Assembly: GCA_009914755.4 (NCBI GenBank)
Contig: CP068257.2
Span: forward strand, 39,520,001-39,584,000
Reading direction: 5' to 3'
Length of the DNA: 64,000 bases
Source: the human T2T-CHM13v2.0 reference genome, Homo sapiens
Both the position numbers and the translations under genes were made by a program. Within the stretch, counting starts at the first letter, position 1. Each line of letters begins with the position of its first letter. A model generated the notes under the pieces. It saw only the letters and a list, made by a program, of their open reading frames with translations, ran no database searches and had not been told where the DNA came from. Below are positions 1-14,030 of this stretch, in pieces.

Positions 1-1445
1 CTGAGATTAGGACTCAAAGGGCTGGACTCCAGGGTCTGCACTGTTAGACTCTGTGCTCTCCTTCCCCAGTCATAAACACGGAGGAGACTTCTGCTCCTCC
101 TTCTGGGCTTGGAGTGTGTCCCTTTCCCTGGAAGAGACTTTCTTCATCCATGGCTTTGTCCCCGTGAGTTGGCTGCCTTGGTTGCAGCATTGGCAACAAA
201 GTCTCTTCCAGGGAAAGGGGCACACTCCAAGCCTGGAAGGAGGAGCAGAAGTCAGAGGACCCAGGGAAGGAGGGGTTTAGGGAAAGGGGATATCCCAAGC
301 AAAATGAACAGCGGTTGCACTGACACAGTGGTGTGAACGCACCTGGCTCCTTCAGGATGATATATGGGGGAATGGATACCTGAAGCCAGGAGAGAGAGGA
401 TGTTGGATGGAATGAATAATGAACAAGGAAAACTGTTCTGAGAGGTCACAGATTAAAATAAACCTAGAATGTGTTGGCCACCTCTTCTCAGAAGTGGATA
501 ATGAACAAAACTCTTCTTCAATCGGTTAAGCCAAAGGCAAAAGCCTGGGACATGCAAACGCCCCTCCTTTTATGCAGCTAATTATACCCGGAGTCCAGGT
601 GAGACTCGATGAGTTAATGAGGATCCACTCAAAGTCTATCACGGTCCAGAGACAGAGCTAGACCCAGACATGTCCCCTGTCCTCACCAAGCTCGTAGGCT
701 AAAGGAACACAGACAAAGCAAGCAAGCAAGCAAGTATAATGCGGCCTGGTAAGTGCCAGATCGGGATGGTTCCCTTTTCCAGGCTTGATTCCGCAGAGGC
801 AAACCTGGACACAAGGAGTTGAGCACAGCAGTTAATTTGGGATGTGAGCCAAGAAACACTCATGGAGGAGCAGGGAAATGAGACAGAGAAAGGAAGGAAC
901 CCATGCACAGTGCACAGTGGGCACCTGGGCCCAACCCCACTGGGGACGTCTAGGAGGCTGCATACGTGGTACATGCCCCCAGGCTGTACTGGCAAGCAGG
1001 GAGGAGCTGGGTGTTTAGCCACTACCTCCCATCCACCGCTGAGGAAGGGCTGTTCTTGACACACAAATTTGCTGACATTTAGTGAGCCCCTGTTCTAACA
1101 TGCAATCCTGTGGCAGGAGGAGGTGGCCCTGGGGAAGAAAATCAGGGGCAAGGGTCAATGCAGCCATCAGGCAATATGGGGGTTCAGGAGGCTTCCTGGA
1201 TGTGCTGGTGCTTAAGCTAAGAGCCAGTTGCAAAGCTGGAGTCAGTTGGGCAAGGAGAATGAAGGAGTAGCGTATCCCTGGTAGGAACGGCACTAACCAT
1301 ATTCACCAAAACTGCTTATGTGTGTATTTTGTTCCCCGCGGGGAGTAAATTCCAATGATTAGGTCTTATTCATCTTTTTATAAACCTTCCTCAAGTGTTT
1401 GTTCCCTTTGGGCTGGGCCAGAAAAATCTAAGATAAAGAAGTGTG

Positions 1446-1807
<362 letters not shown>

Positions 1808-4800
1808 CTAGCTTCAGGAAGAGATGGCCACCAAAAAAGAATGATCAAGATGAAACTCTTACCACCACAAAGAAAGTGTAAAAATTGCTGGGGGGTTACA
1901 CAACTTTGAGTGGAAGAGGCCATGCAATTTGTTTTGAAAAAAAAAAGTACTATTATTTTACAAAACCAAATATATTGTTTAATTAAAATGTATAGAATGC
2001 ATAACATTCTATAAGTGGAATCACATTATACATGCCAAATTTAAAAAAAAAATATCCACAATATGCTGTGGGAGCTATTTATACTCATAAACATAGCTCT
2101 AGAACGTTCTAGAATATCATATTGTATCAGATTTCTATGCATTCTTTTTAGCCTATCTATACCTTATGGTCTTTAAAGAAGGCTAATGCAAGTAAATACC
2201 TGCTTTCTTTTTTCTTCACTTCCTTGAATGTTTCTTGCGTTTTCTTTGAAATAAGAAGCCATTTTCCTCGAGCATTTATTCACACCATAGCCTATGCAAC
2301 AATGCAAGACACCATGGTTTTGTGGGTCCAGGCCATTCCTTTATTTGGGGGGCCTTTGATGTCCCAGAGCAAGTTCTCACCAGAGCTGACCTCATTGTTT
2401 GGACACAGGATCCTGCCAGACCTACCTTATACTGACATCTGCTGGTCATCTCGAGGTCATCTTCAGTAATAGTTAAAATGGAGAAAGACTTTGAGTTGTT
2501 TCCCAGAGTATGCTGAAATTTTTCCCTCAGTTTTCAAGGCTTTAACCAAGACATGCAACAATTTTTCTGGGCAGCTATGTCTGTAATAGAATACATATCT
2601 GTTGGGTCTTGTTTTTCTCCATCTTATGTCATCTATTGCTGCTACTTGCAATTGGTTAGACCAGCTATCCTCACTCAACACTATCCCGGGAGCATTTGTG
2701 ATGGAAAAAAAAAATGGGAAACTTACATAAACTGTTCCCCATTTTTTTGTTTGTTTTCACAAATTATCCTCAGATCCTGAGCTTAGGTCTTCCACAGAAT
2801 GAATATAAGGGGGATGGGAGGACAGGGAGCATGGAGAAGCGACTTTGAGAAGAGCTTGTGTCCAATGCCAGCTCCTCACTCTCCATAACACTGTGTCACA
2901 GTGGCTCCAGCCACTCGTAAGAGCCAGTCCCATCACAGGAATTTCAGTGGCAGAAAACTAAAATGGTTATCCATCATTCTGGAAAATAGCTTAAAACTGA
3001 AAGGCAACCTTCCAGAACCCGAGTTCCTACAAAAAGAAACTCCTCCTAGAGAGTGAGCTTCTACTCCCCTTCCATCCGTGCCTGCCACTCCCCACTGGTG
3101 CACCCCTGCCCTTGCCCCTCACATGACACTGTGGTCCCAGAAAGCAATTAGACTCCCAGGTCCCGTGGAACTGGGTTCAAATCCCCTCTCCAAGCCTCAT
3201 TTGTGTGAACATGAGTTAGTAATAAAACTTTTCTAAGACTCTCTTTCCTCAACTGTAAAATACATAAATTACGATAACAACACGGAATGGAAATGTGGTC
3301 GTGAGGACTGAGATGGAATCACTTTCCCCCTCAGCCTCGCAGCAGATGTCCAGCCTCTGCTCTCTCCCTTTTTTGGCTTAGTTTCCAAGTTTTATTCAAG
3401 AACTCATACAAAATATTCCGGATAAATGATGTCTAATCCTCATCTTCCTCCTCTTCTTTTTTTTTTTTGGTTAATTTGGAAGTAACATAATTTGTAAGTC
3501 TCTGTGCTGTTAGTAACGAGACACAATCAAACACAGAGATTGTTGCTCAAATATTTTTTGGTGAGATATTGCAAATACCATTTGGAAAAAAAGCACCTCC
3601 TCCTTCCTGCCTCGTTGGCCTGCTCCCTGTGAGAGCCTGGATCTTAAAAGCAATCTCCACCTTCTCCCACACCTGCAGTCAAGATGTTCCCCACTATGGC
3701 ACTGAAGCCACTCTCAGCAAGCCCATCTGTGACCTATTGATGATTTTTACGTCCTCTTCTGGCTTGCCTTCTGAGGATTTCATCGCACCCACTTCCCTAG
3801 TTTTCCTTCTGCTCCACTCCAGGTCAGACCCCTTTACTAGATCTTCCTCCTCAACCCCTTTCAGAAGGGGCAGCTCAGAGGTCACCCTTAGATGCCCATC
3901 TTTGACTTTCCCCTAGTTGAGGTCCCACAGCTGTATTACCTCTATGCTGATGATGCCTATACCAGTAGTTCAGCCCTACCTCTCCCTGAGCTCCAGGCTC
4001 ATATATCCAACTATTTCCAGGACATCTCTTTTGGATGCTGTGCGGGACATTTTTACACACCACCTCACATCCTCTCAGCCCACCCTTTTGCTCCAGCTGT
4101 TGCTGTGGTAACCAGCTGCACACAGGAGGGGCTGATTCCACCTGCAGCCTGAGGCCACGCACACCTCTCGGTTCTCCCCCAGGACAGCTTGGCTGCTGTA
4201 ACTGTGGCACCTGCAGGAGCCCACTCAGTCAGTCACAGGGGGAGCCATCGTACACCTGGAAGAGTAAGAGAGTTGACACGCCCAGGCAGCCCTTGGTAGG
4301 GAGTGGAAACTGGTGGTGATCCTGTCCCCTCCCACTTCCCAGCAAGACCCAGCCCAGATGTCCACAGCAGGGATCAGCTCCAGAACATACTCAGCGTTGG
4401 GCTTCCCTCCTCGGTCTCACTTCTTCCCAGTCCCTGAGATCGCTTTCCCACACAAATAATATGCAGCTCTGCTCTTCTCAAAGGATCTGCTTGTGGGGGG
4501 AATCCAAACTAAGGCCCCTCAAACATAACAGAAAATGTTACTCTTCCAGCTTCGTTTCTCCCCTGCCCCATCTTCACATCTCAACAAATGGAACTGATAG
4601 CAGTGGTAGCCTGTCTGGAGCAGCCACTGGGAAGACGGCTGCAGTGGCGGAGGTATAGCCAGGGTTGCACACTCTGCAGGGCTGGTGGGAGCCAGGAACA
4701 GGCGGGAGCCCAGCCACAGCTCCAGACCCAGGCATCCCAGTGCTCTTGGAGGCCCGGGAAGTCCCTGCCCCTGCAGGCTCAGAAGTGCTTGTTCTGCTCC

Positions 4801-6716
4801 AGCCATCTGGCCGTTCCCCTCTACGGGTGCCTGTTCCAGTGAGGAGCAAAGTTGTGGCAGAGCCTGGGTGCTGTCACAACCCAGCTGGGTGTGTGCATGC
4901 TCAGGGTGGTGCTGACCTGCCAGCCCCATGCAGCTTCATTCCTTTCAGAACTTTGAGCATCAACAAGCATTGGAGGGAGGTGAGGGGGGGATGAGGGCAC
5001 CTTGGCGTAGGCCTGCAGGCACCCCTCAGCATGAACAGCCTGGGGGCCGTGGATGGTATGTTGATGGCAGAAAGGAGAGAGGTTCCTGGGTAGAATGGGG
5101 TGGCCCCTGGTAAAACCCCACCTTTAAGCCAGGGACACCCTAAAGCCTGGGGGGCTGGGCTGCCAGTTCTGGGTGGAGTCTGCAGCTCTGAGTGAGAAGT
5201 TATGGTGTTTTTTCCAGGCCTGCCCATGGCCACTCATGGACCAATCAGCACGTACTTCCTCCCTTCTGAGCCCATAAAAACCCCTGGACTTACCCAGACT
5301 CACATAGATGTCGAGACTACCAGCTGCAGAAAGGAGCTACCCATTTTGGGTCTCCTCGACTCATTTGAATGACCTCCCTGTGAAAAGGAGCTATCCACTT
5401 TGGGTCTCCTGAGAGCTTGTTCTGTCACTCAGTGAAGCTCCTCTCCACCTTGCTCACCCTCCAGTTGTCTGCATGCCTCATTCTTTCTGCACACTGGACA
5501 AGAACTCAAGACCCACTGAATGGCAGGACAGAAAGAGCTGTAATTCAAACAGGGCTGAAACACCTGCCCCTGCTCACCACTGTGCGTGATGAGAAGGAGA
5601 AAAGAGCTGTGGCCCTTCGGGGAGCCCAGATCTAGGAGCTCCCCAAGCCAGGGCTGTGACACCCTCTTTGGGGATCTGCAGTTCCTGGTGTCTCCAAGCT
5701 TCCAGGTGCCACTGTGTTCCCCTCGTCCAGTTGTGGGTGCCCACAGCAGAAGCCACATGCAGTACATCTGGTCCAGCCACAGCTTCGCACAGAGCTAGCA
5801 CCTGTGCTGGCACCTGGAGCTGCCTGCCCCACTGTAGCAGCTGGCATGCCTGGCCATGCACAGTGGCTGGATGCCCCCACCACACACCCCTTGCTGCTCC
5901 ACACCTGGCTGACCCGTGGTAGGTGTGGGATCTGGGCTGATAGCGTGAGCCAAGCACAGGCTGCCGGGCTGAGTGGGTGGGACAAGCCCACTGGGTGCAA
6001 GCAATACTCAGGCAGAAAGTGCCACCGACCACAGAGGTTTCCAGCTGGCGAAGTGACAGCCCAAGGATCCCGTGACAGAACCACATCTGCCCCATGTCTC
6101 ATGTCAATCTTAACTCCTCATGCTTTACCTTGTCCTGCAGGGTCCATCTATCAGCAAGATCTACCAGCTCTGGCTTCAAAATAGTCCCCAGATCTGTCCA
6201 CCTTTCTCCGTTCTTCTTTCTCCGTCAGGATAACATAGTCCAAGCCACGACCATAGCAACAGACTCCTAACTTGTTCCCCCCTCTTCCATTCTCAGCCCC
6301 AACAATCCTTCCTCCACCAGGCAGCCAGAGTGGCCTGTTAGTCTTGGAGAGGTAAACAGTAGCATATCTTTGCCCCACTCAGTGCCCTCCAACGGTGAGC
6401 CATCGAAAGCCTGCTCAGCTCTGAGACTGTTGCACCCTCTCATGGAAAGTTCAACAAGAGTGAGCACAGGTTGGACATGTTGAGTTTACTGTTTATTTTA
6501 TGACATACTTCCAAAACCCTCTTAAAGAGAATATCCCGAATATATTGTGCTGCAGAAAACATGCAGCTTCATTCCCTGCCTTTACTCACTTTTTTACAGT
6601 GTTTTCTGTTTCTGCTATATATTATTACTCTCTGGTCTTTTTATCAATAATCACTTACACAGAATATGGGCTGGGAGGATTTCTCAAAGGGAGGTCCTGA
6701 CCATCTGCAGAGCGGA

Positions 6717-7100
6717 TGTAGTTTGGATGTGTGTCCCCTCTAAATCTCATGCTGATTGTAATCTCCAGTGTTGGAGGTGGGGCCTGGTGGGAGGTAGGAG
6801 GTGTTTGGGCCATGGAGACGGATCCCTCCTGGCTTGGTGACGTCCATGTGACAGTGAGTGAGTGCTTGTGAGATCTGGTTGAGATCTTGCTTGCCCTCTG
6901 TCTCTCACCATGTGACACGCCTACTCCCACTTCACCTTCTACCATGAGTAAAAGCTCCCTGAGGCCTCCCCAGAAGCTGAGCAGATGCCGGCACCATGTC
7001 TGTACAGTCCGCAGAACCACGAGCCAATTAAATCTCTTTTCTTCATAAATTGCCCAGTCTTAGGTATTCCTTTATAGCAATGCAAGAACAGCCTAACACA
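6717..7100 (+). mobile_element. Solo MaLR LTR (MST/THE1-like, ERVL-MaLR)
   Basis: 5' end tgtagtttggatgtgtgtcccctctaaatctcatgctgattgtaatc matches the THE1/MST start tgatatggtttggctgtgtccccacccaaatctcatcttgaattgtagc. 3' end ...aattgcccagtcttaggtattcctttatagcaatgcaagaacagcctaacaca is analogous to the THE1 terminus. The consensus is recalled from memory. Confidence 0.7.
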
Positions 7101-7460
7101 AGGTCCAATGCTGTCCCCTGCACCACATCCTTCCCGAGTCCCCTACTACCTCCACTGCCCCTTTGAGGGCTACACGGCTGCATTTGGCATCTGCACATGG
7201 GATCCCCTGCATAAGAAGGAGCTGCCACTCATCTGAACAGCACAAACAGGCCACGGCAGGATTCCTCACATCTTCTGAACCTTCACACTGCCTTAGCGGC
7301 AGTGGCTCTCCAAGGCACCCGCTCATGGAAAGGGGCCCTGTGTGATCCTCAAGCACCCGGGGTCACCCAGTCCTTTCTCCTCAGTTTATGGGTACACCAG
7401 CCTGTCTGAAGCCCAGACAGTCCACAGGCATCCAGAGCTTAGCAGGTCACTACTCAAACT

Positions 7461-8222
7461 CGTCATGATGATGCCCATTCTGTAAATGAGAAAATGGAGG
7501 GAGAGGATAAAGAACTGGCCTAAGGTCTCAACCGTTGTTCATTGTTGAGTGCAAGACTGAATGCCATAGCCCTTGACACCACAGCTGCTTTCTCCTGCTC
7601 TGTGCTAGGAGGCCACAGCTGTCCATACCCCAGGACACTGACCTACACCAGTGCATGTGACCACCGCCACATGAGATACTGCCTGCCTCAGGAGTCACTG
7701 TGCTTCAGAGGACACCTACACTTGCACACACCACAAAAGCTCACACATGCATTCACAACACACGCAACACACATGCACACACAACACATGCACTCACAAC
7801 ACACATGCAACACAATACACACACGTGCACAACACACATGCACACTTCTGCACACACCACACATCATACATGCACATACACAACACAACCATGACCCCAA
7901 TACACAGCACATATGCACACATGCGCATACATACATGCACTCAGCACATACACATACACACACGGCCCCCACAGAGGTTTTGTGCTTATGCTTATGACCC
8001 AGAGACTATTCAAGTGCATGTGGGGTCCATGCAATTTCTCCTGGCCACCTGCCCTCCCTCCCGCTCCCACGGCTTCCTCTCTACTCTCTGGAAAGCAGCT
8101 GTGGTGTCAAGGGCTATAGCATTCAGTCCTGCACTCAACAGTGAACAACGGTTGAGACCTTAGGCCAGTTCTTTATCCTCTCCCTACATTTTCTCATTTA
8201 CAGAATGGGCATCATCATGATG
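7461..8222. repeat. Fold-back structure: 132-bp inverted repeat arms (7461-7592 and 8091-8222, about 96% identical) flanking a ~500-bp CA/CACATG-rich low-complexity core
   Basis: Left arm cgtcatgatgatgcccattctgtaaatgagaaaatggagggagaggataaagaactggcctaaggtctcaaccgttgttcattgttgagtgcaagactgaatgccatagcccttgacaccacagctgctttc. Its reverse complement recurs at 8091-8222 with about 5 mismatches. The core is cacacatgcacacaacacatgcactcacaacacacatgc... Confidence 0.85.
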
Positions 8223-10019
8223 AGCCTGCAATAAAAAATTCACGCGATGTTGCTGAGACCCTCAGTGCACTTCCACACGGGCGCGCTTGCTCCTTCAACG
8301 ATTGCCGCCTCTGTAGCGCATCAGATCCCACTTCACAGGGCAGGTCTCAGGAGATGGGTGCTGCGGGCACCCCGGGTTGGAGCCAGTTTCCCAAGGCAGA
8401 GTGCTCCTGGGCTACTGCTTGACTGATGAGCACAAACCCCGGGACAGGAGGGAGGGACAGGGGCAGAGCGAGGCTGCAGAGAGGCCGATTGTCAGTGTGG
8501 ACTCTGCAACAGCCTGTGCGATCCCAGGACAGCACCCTGGAAGGCTTATAAACCTCTCAGGAGCATCCCTTGGGGAGTACACCCCCCTTACCCCACCCAG
8601 TCCTCAAAGAAGGCCACACTGCATGGGAGTGGCTCTGAAGAGGGCCCTGTGTGGTGACAGCAGGGAAGCCCTGGGTGGGAGGCAAGAGGGGCAGGCGTGA
8701 GCAGGTGGCGCACTGTCGGGTGCACACGTGCGAAGCTGGTCAGATTCACCCCAAAAGAACACAAGGTACAGAAGTGCCTCGAGGACCTGAACTGGGGCAG
8801 AAGAGGCTCTGCTACACCCTTGTTTCCAAATCAAATCATCATCCCTGCGGAGCCCTCTGGCTGTCCGTCCTTTGTTTTCTTTCTTCTCTTGACTCCTGTT
8901 ACCTCCGCATTTCTCAACTCTTATGGGGAAAGTTTGGACTTTTGAGGATACTGTTAGCCCAAAAAGCATCCTTTCATTCTGCCAGAGAAATTGACCATGC
9001 TCAGCATGCTGGGTTCCATCTGCAGAGCCACTCACGCTCCCGGCCTGGTTCCACGCCCAGCAGTGTCGCTGCTGCCGCCATGTATTCTGTTGCTATCGTT
9101 CCTGTAGTTGTCAGCACTGTGTTGTGTTGCTGTTTGTGGTGGTGGTGGTGGTGGTGTTTGAGTCCTGGGATCACTGCAAACCCCAGAATTCTTCAGATCC
9201 AGAGCTTGCTAGAATTTGGAACAACTGAGTCTGCCATATCCCCTTGTTCCCACAGTATCTAGCATGTGCCTGACACATTGTGAATGAGGATTCATTGAGC
9301 AATGTCCCTGGGGGATAAATATCATTAAATTGGAAGCAAATAAAAAATGGTAGCAGACATCCAACTCACCTATTTATGGGTGACTCCCAGGCATGGAACT
9401 GGAAAGCCCCAAATTCCCATGGCATGCAGAGTATGCACCATGAGGAACTGGACAGAGCAGGAAGTTTAATGTGTTGGATGCTGCCCAGCAGGCTGCATCC
9501 TGCTTGGTGTGGGTGAGTGACACTTGCCACTGGAACTTTTCTTGACCCAGAATTCTTCAAACATTCCATTGTGGGAATGGCTGCTTTTGATTTCCCTTAT
9601 GGCTTCAGCCTGGATTAAACCCGGGTGGGGGTTGTTATCTGCACAGGGAGCCAAGAGTGTGGGGCCACAGGCAGAGGCTGTGCAAGGAATTGGAAGTTCC
9701 TTGGCCATCATCTGTCGGTTGTGGCTTGCATGGATGGGCTGGCCAGGATGTGGCCCCCCTTGTGCCACAGCTCCCCACCCTCTGCCAAAGAAAGTCAGGT
9801 TCACAGAGGCATTTTTTTGGTCTTGTTTCATTTATTGCTGAATTCCTGGGCCCTAGACCAGTGTCTGGCTAGCGCATGTTGAATAAGTCATTCAATCAAT
9901 CAATCAGTCAACTGGAGACTTAGATGAGCTAAGAATTAAGCAGACCAAAATTTTTGGCTGCCTACTTAATATTGCAGAATTAATCAAAACTGGTTTTTAC
10001 TGTGTTCATTTTGGACACC

Positions 10020-10065
10020 TCTATGTAATCTCTCTCTGTCTCTCTCTCTTTCTCTCTCTACCCTC
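10020..10065. repeat. (CT)n microsatellite, interrupted
   Basis: tctctctctgtctctctctctttctctctctaccctc. Confidence 0.7.
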
Positions 10066-13000
10066 CGCCACCCCTCTCACAAAAACAAAAACACTACCCA
10101 TTCACTCCTTGAATTATAGGAGGATATGGGAATTGGGATGAAAAATTCCCCAATACTTATAAATTCCTTCCTGTTCTAGTACCACCATCTCCAAACATCT
10201 CATTGGGGGCAAAAAAAATAAAATTTAAAATTGTGTCTGCATATGAAACCTCTCAAAACCGAAAAGAGAAAACAAGGATTTTTCCCTCTCTCTATTTTGA
10301 AATTGGCTTAAAAAGGAGTTTGAGAAAATCTTGTCCATCTGCTGCCCAGCCTTCACTCTGCTGAGCATTGCTCAGTCAGGGTTACATGAAGCTGAAGAAA
10401 TAATGGAAAGGCACAGAAAACCTCATCCCAACCCACACCGCTAAGCATTTTCCAAAACAGCACTCTTGCCAAATGGGCTTTTGGCTTCATCCACTCGAAC
10501 AACTTTCTTGCTCACTGCTAAGAGGAGGCGTTTTGGCAGGGAAAGGAATGCATGGTGCGAGTCTGACATTCCATTCCAGTGGAGACACAGGGTAAGAGAC
10601 AGGTGACGCTACCTAGTGTCCTCTGTGCAGAGCGTTCCTCCTGCCACACACTCATCCTCCTGTCAGCCAGTTCCAGCAGGCAGCTGCCTCTCTGCCCCAC
10701 ACTGCCCCTAGCAGCTGCTTGCTGATGGATTCATTTCACGGATTGTGTGTTTAGGGCATGCGGTCCGCCAGGCACTGTGGTAAGTGCTTGATGTATATGA
10801 ACTCTATACAACCTACAAGGTCGGTATTACTGTTCTGCCTGTTTTACAGATGAGGAGGCTGAGGTCCAAGTCAGGGACCTTGCCCAAGGCCACACGGCTG
10901 GGAGATGTCAGAGCCAGGATCCCTCCTGGGGCCTTTTGGTTCCAGCTGTGGGCTTCCCCCGCACATGGTGCTCTCCCTCCTGTGGCCGCACCTGCCCGTA
11001 TCTCGCCCCTCCAGAGCCCAGGTGGCCACAGAGCTGATCTGACCAACCCTCCTCCTGAACAGGAGTTGGAAGATGGTCTCCAGAACCCACCCCAGCCCAC
11101 CTGGGGCCTTCCAGAACCCATTCCCTTCCATTTGCCATTTAAACTGGAGGGCAAGGGCTCTCAGAGGAGATGCTTCTGGCTACTTGAGACCAATACACAT
11201 GCATCAAAGAGCCAGTACGTGCCAGGCTCCACCATGGTAAGTGTTCTCAGCATGCTGGAAAACCTTGGACAATTCCTTCCCTGTCTCTTGCTTCAGTCCG
11301 AGGACCGTTGAAAGACTAAGCTGGGGCTGGGAGCCACGGAGGATTTTCTGAGCACACTGGAAAGCCCGAAGGTCGGCCCAGGGTCTCATGGGGAATATTC
11401 AAGAAGGTTCAGGGTCCCATGTACCCAGTTTTACCGCTGTTGGTTACCACTAACATTTGCTTTGTGGGCCATTTCAATATTTATTTGGTTATAAATGCCC
11501 ACATAAGTAGCTCTCGGCCCCAGGGCACCATGACCTTTGAAGCACTTGGTGCTCGGTGTTGGAAAGCAAACCAGAGAAGATGGTCAGTGACGTCTTCATG
11601 TGGAGAAAAGAGAAGGGGAGGATGCATCTGAGGCACTTCTGGAAAGAAAGCAGGACGGGAAAAAGAGAGCTCCACGTCTTGAATATAATCAGGGACTCGG
11701 GACTCCGCAGCATGACCTCTACAGGTGACCTCACCTGGGAAAGAAAGGACGTGGCTTGAATCAGTTGTTTGCAACCCTGTCTCTCCCCCATAAAACTTCT
11801 CCATCCAAAGAAATCTTACTCAGAAGACTGTCTCAGACCTGCCTGTGGGAGGATTCTCTCGCTAGCCAGAAAGTATAGGACCAATGCCCGCTGGAGATTT
11901 TACCATTTGTTTTCTCCCTCTCACCTGTGCCCAGACACCCATAGGGTGACCGACCTCTGCCCTACGGGGATCCTGGCAGTCCCAGCAGCCCAGAAACCCC
12001 CATCCAGGTGCCAGGGTCAGAGGCGCAGGAATGTGTCACAGACTCCTGGCATGACAACAAGTGTCGTGGCCGAGACAATGGCCAGGCTGCCTCTGCTATG
12101 AGGCAGTGCGTGTTCTTGCATCATTATGTGTTCCCCCAGAACAGAAACGAGGGGCTGGGGCTGGCCCTCAGACACAATTCTCCTATTTACTTCCTGGGGC
12201 AGCCATAACAAAGCACCACAAGCTGGGGGTGCTTAAATGACAGGAAGGTACTCTCTCAGCTGGGGATCCAGCATCTAGATGTGGGCAGAGCTGCTCCTCC
12301 TGAGGCTCCTCCTAACTCTGGTGGTTGCTGGTGATCAAAGGGCCTCACTGAGTTCCCTCAGGGGTGGAAGGTGCTCCTCAACAGGCAGCAGGACCTGCCT
12401 CCCAGGGCTCCCCAACTCTCCTTAGCAGGAAGAGGCATCATGAAAGTGGGCTCCCATAAGTGGCCCAAGTGCCAAGCCCTGGGCGCCATGCTTGTGCAGG
12501 ACAGTGCATTTCCTCTTGTTGATCTGTGAGGGAAGGATGACACGCCCAGTGTACAGAGGAGGAAACTGAGGTCCCAAGAAGCCGAGAAATGTTACTCAAA
12601 GTCCCACAGTTAGACAGGATTGCTCAAGGCTTATTTGACTTCCAAGTCCTTGTTCTTCCTACAGCACCAACCTGCCATTTATAATATGATGCTGAATGCA
12701 TTTCCTCCTCTAGAGGTTGATCAAAACTAAATCAGGAAATCAGTGGTGCCTACAGAAACCAGTGTTTATGATTCACATCTTTCAAGGCAGGAATGGGAAG
12801 CAAATGCTTCTGGGGGATCGCGATGACATGGAGGTGAATTCCTCCAGCAAATGTGATTGTGGAGTTACCGCGTGGTGAGATAAGTAGGGGAGGGCATCTG
12901 GGTTAAAAATAGACATTAAAAAATGCTCCCGAACACAGTTTGGAGATTGAAGGTGTACAGGAAACTGGGACACTGATCAAGCCCCAGTGGGACAGACTAT

Positions 13001-13689
13001 TCCGAAGGAAGCCCGGAGGAGAACCATGACTCCACCTGCCCCCTTCTGCTGGAGGAGTAGAGGCGTCCTGGCAGCTTCACTCGCTCAGGCAGGATGGAGG
13101 TGACATAAATGTTTCCTGCACCAAAGCATTCAGAGCTAGGTTAGGAAAGTACAGACAAGAAGAAAGGACAGCAGTCACAAAACTGGCCTTTCTAGTTCTT
13201 CCTTAGATCTCATAGTGAGCTCAGTAGCAACTGGGGTAAAGTAGGTGCTCCTACTTCAGCAAGGACGAATCATAAGATGACCCCATCCCATCACCGAGTC
13301 CCCTCATTTTCCACCTTTCTCTCACTGGCTCCCCAATCCCAAGTGTACCTCTGCTCCAACATCCACCCCTCCTCACTTCCACCTTTAGCGCCTACCTGAG
13401 TGGATCTCGCTGGGCCTGTGAACCCCTCAGCCACAGGTGCTGTTTCTCCAGGGCCCTCCATGGGGTCCTGGGCTTTCCAGGGCTCCTCATGCCCTAAGCC
13501 TACTGAGGACAAGCCTCCAGGAGCTAACTGCACACAGTGCTCCCACACTCTGGATAGACAAGGTGTTGTGGTCTCTGTCTAGTACCACAGGTCATGAGGC
13601 TGAGACAGTTTCATCAAGTTCAAAGACAGGCACTGATGATTTGCTTCTGTTACCCTGTGAGATTTAAATGACAGAATCATGTGGCTACT

Positions 13690-13747
13690 CTCATTTTTTC
13701 CCTTCCCTTCCCTTTCCTTTCCTTTTCTTTCCTTTCATTTCCTTTCT
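13690..13747. repeat. (TTCC)n-like microsatellite (expanded tail of the adjacent antisense Alu)
   Basis: ttcccttcccttccctttcctttccttttctttcctttcatttcctttc immediately precedes the Alu body. Confidence 0.75.
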
Positions 13748-14030
13748 GACACAGGGATTTGCTGTGTCACCCAGGCTGGAGTACAGCAGTACCTTCTCTG
13801 CTTATTGAAGCCTTGATCTCCTAGGCTCAGGTGATCCTCCCACCACAGCCCCCCAGGCAGCTGGGATTACAAGTACGTACCATCACACCTGGCTAAGTTT
13901 TTGTATTTTTCATAGAGCCAGGGCCTCACTATGTTGTCCAGTACGGTCTCGAACTCCTGGACTCAAGCAATCCTCTCACCTCAGCCTCACAAATTGCTGG
14001 GATTACAAGCGTGAGCCACTGTGCCCAGCT
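13748..14030 (-). mobile_element. Alu SINE (antisense)
   Basis: gacacagggatttgctgtgtcacccaggctggagtacagc ... ctgggattacaagcgtgagccactgtgcccagc, the reverse complement of the Alu consensus. Confidence 0.9.

Noticed and set aside
4500-6200. Dense cluster of 90-173-aa ORFs on both strands in a G+C-rich stretch, considered as a possible gene or second CpG island
   Set aside because: It is G+C-rich but visibly CpG-depleted (many CA/TG, few CG). It has no consistent frame, no splice-site-bounded exon-like segment and no recognisable protein motifs. This is most consistent with non-coding GC-rich intergenic DNA.
7542-8163. 151-aa and 138-aa + strand ORFs with HT/HM-rich peptides
   Set aside because: They are a translation of the CA/CACATG low-complexity core between the inverted-repeat arms. 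It is not a gene.
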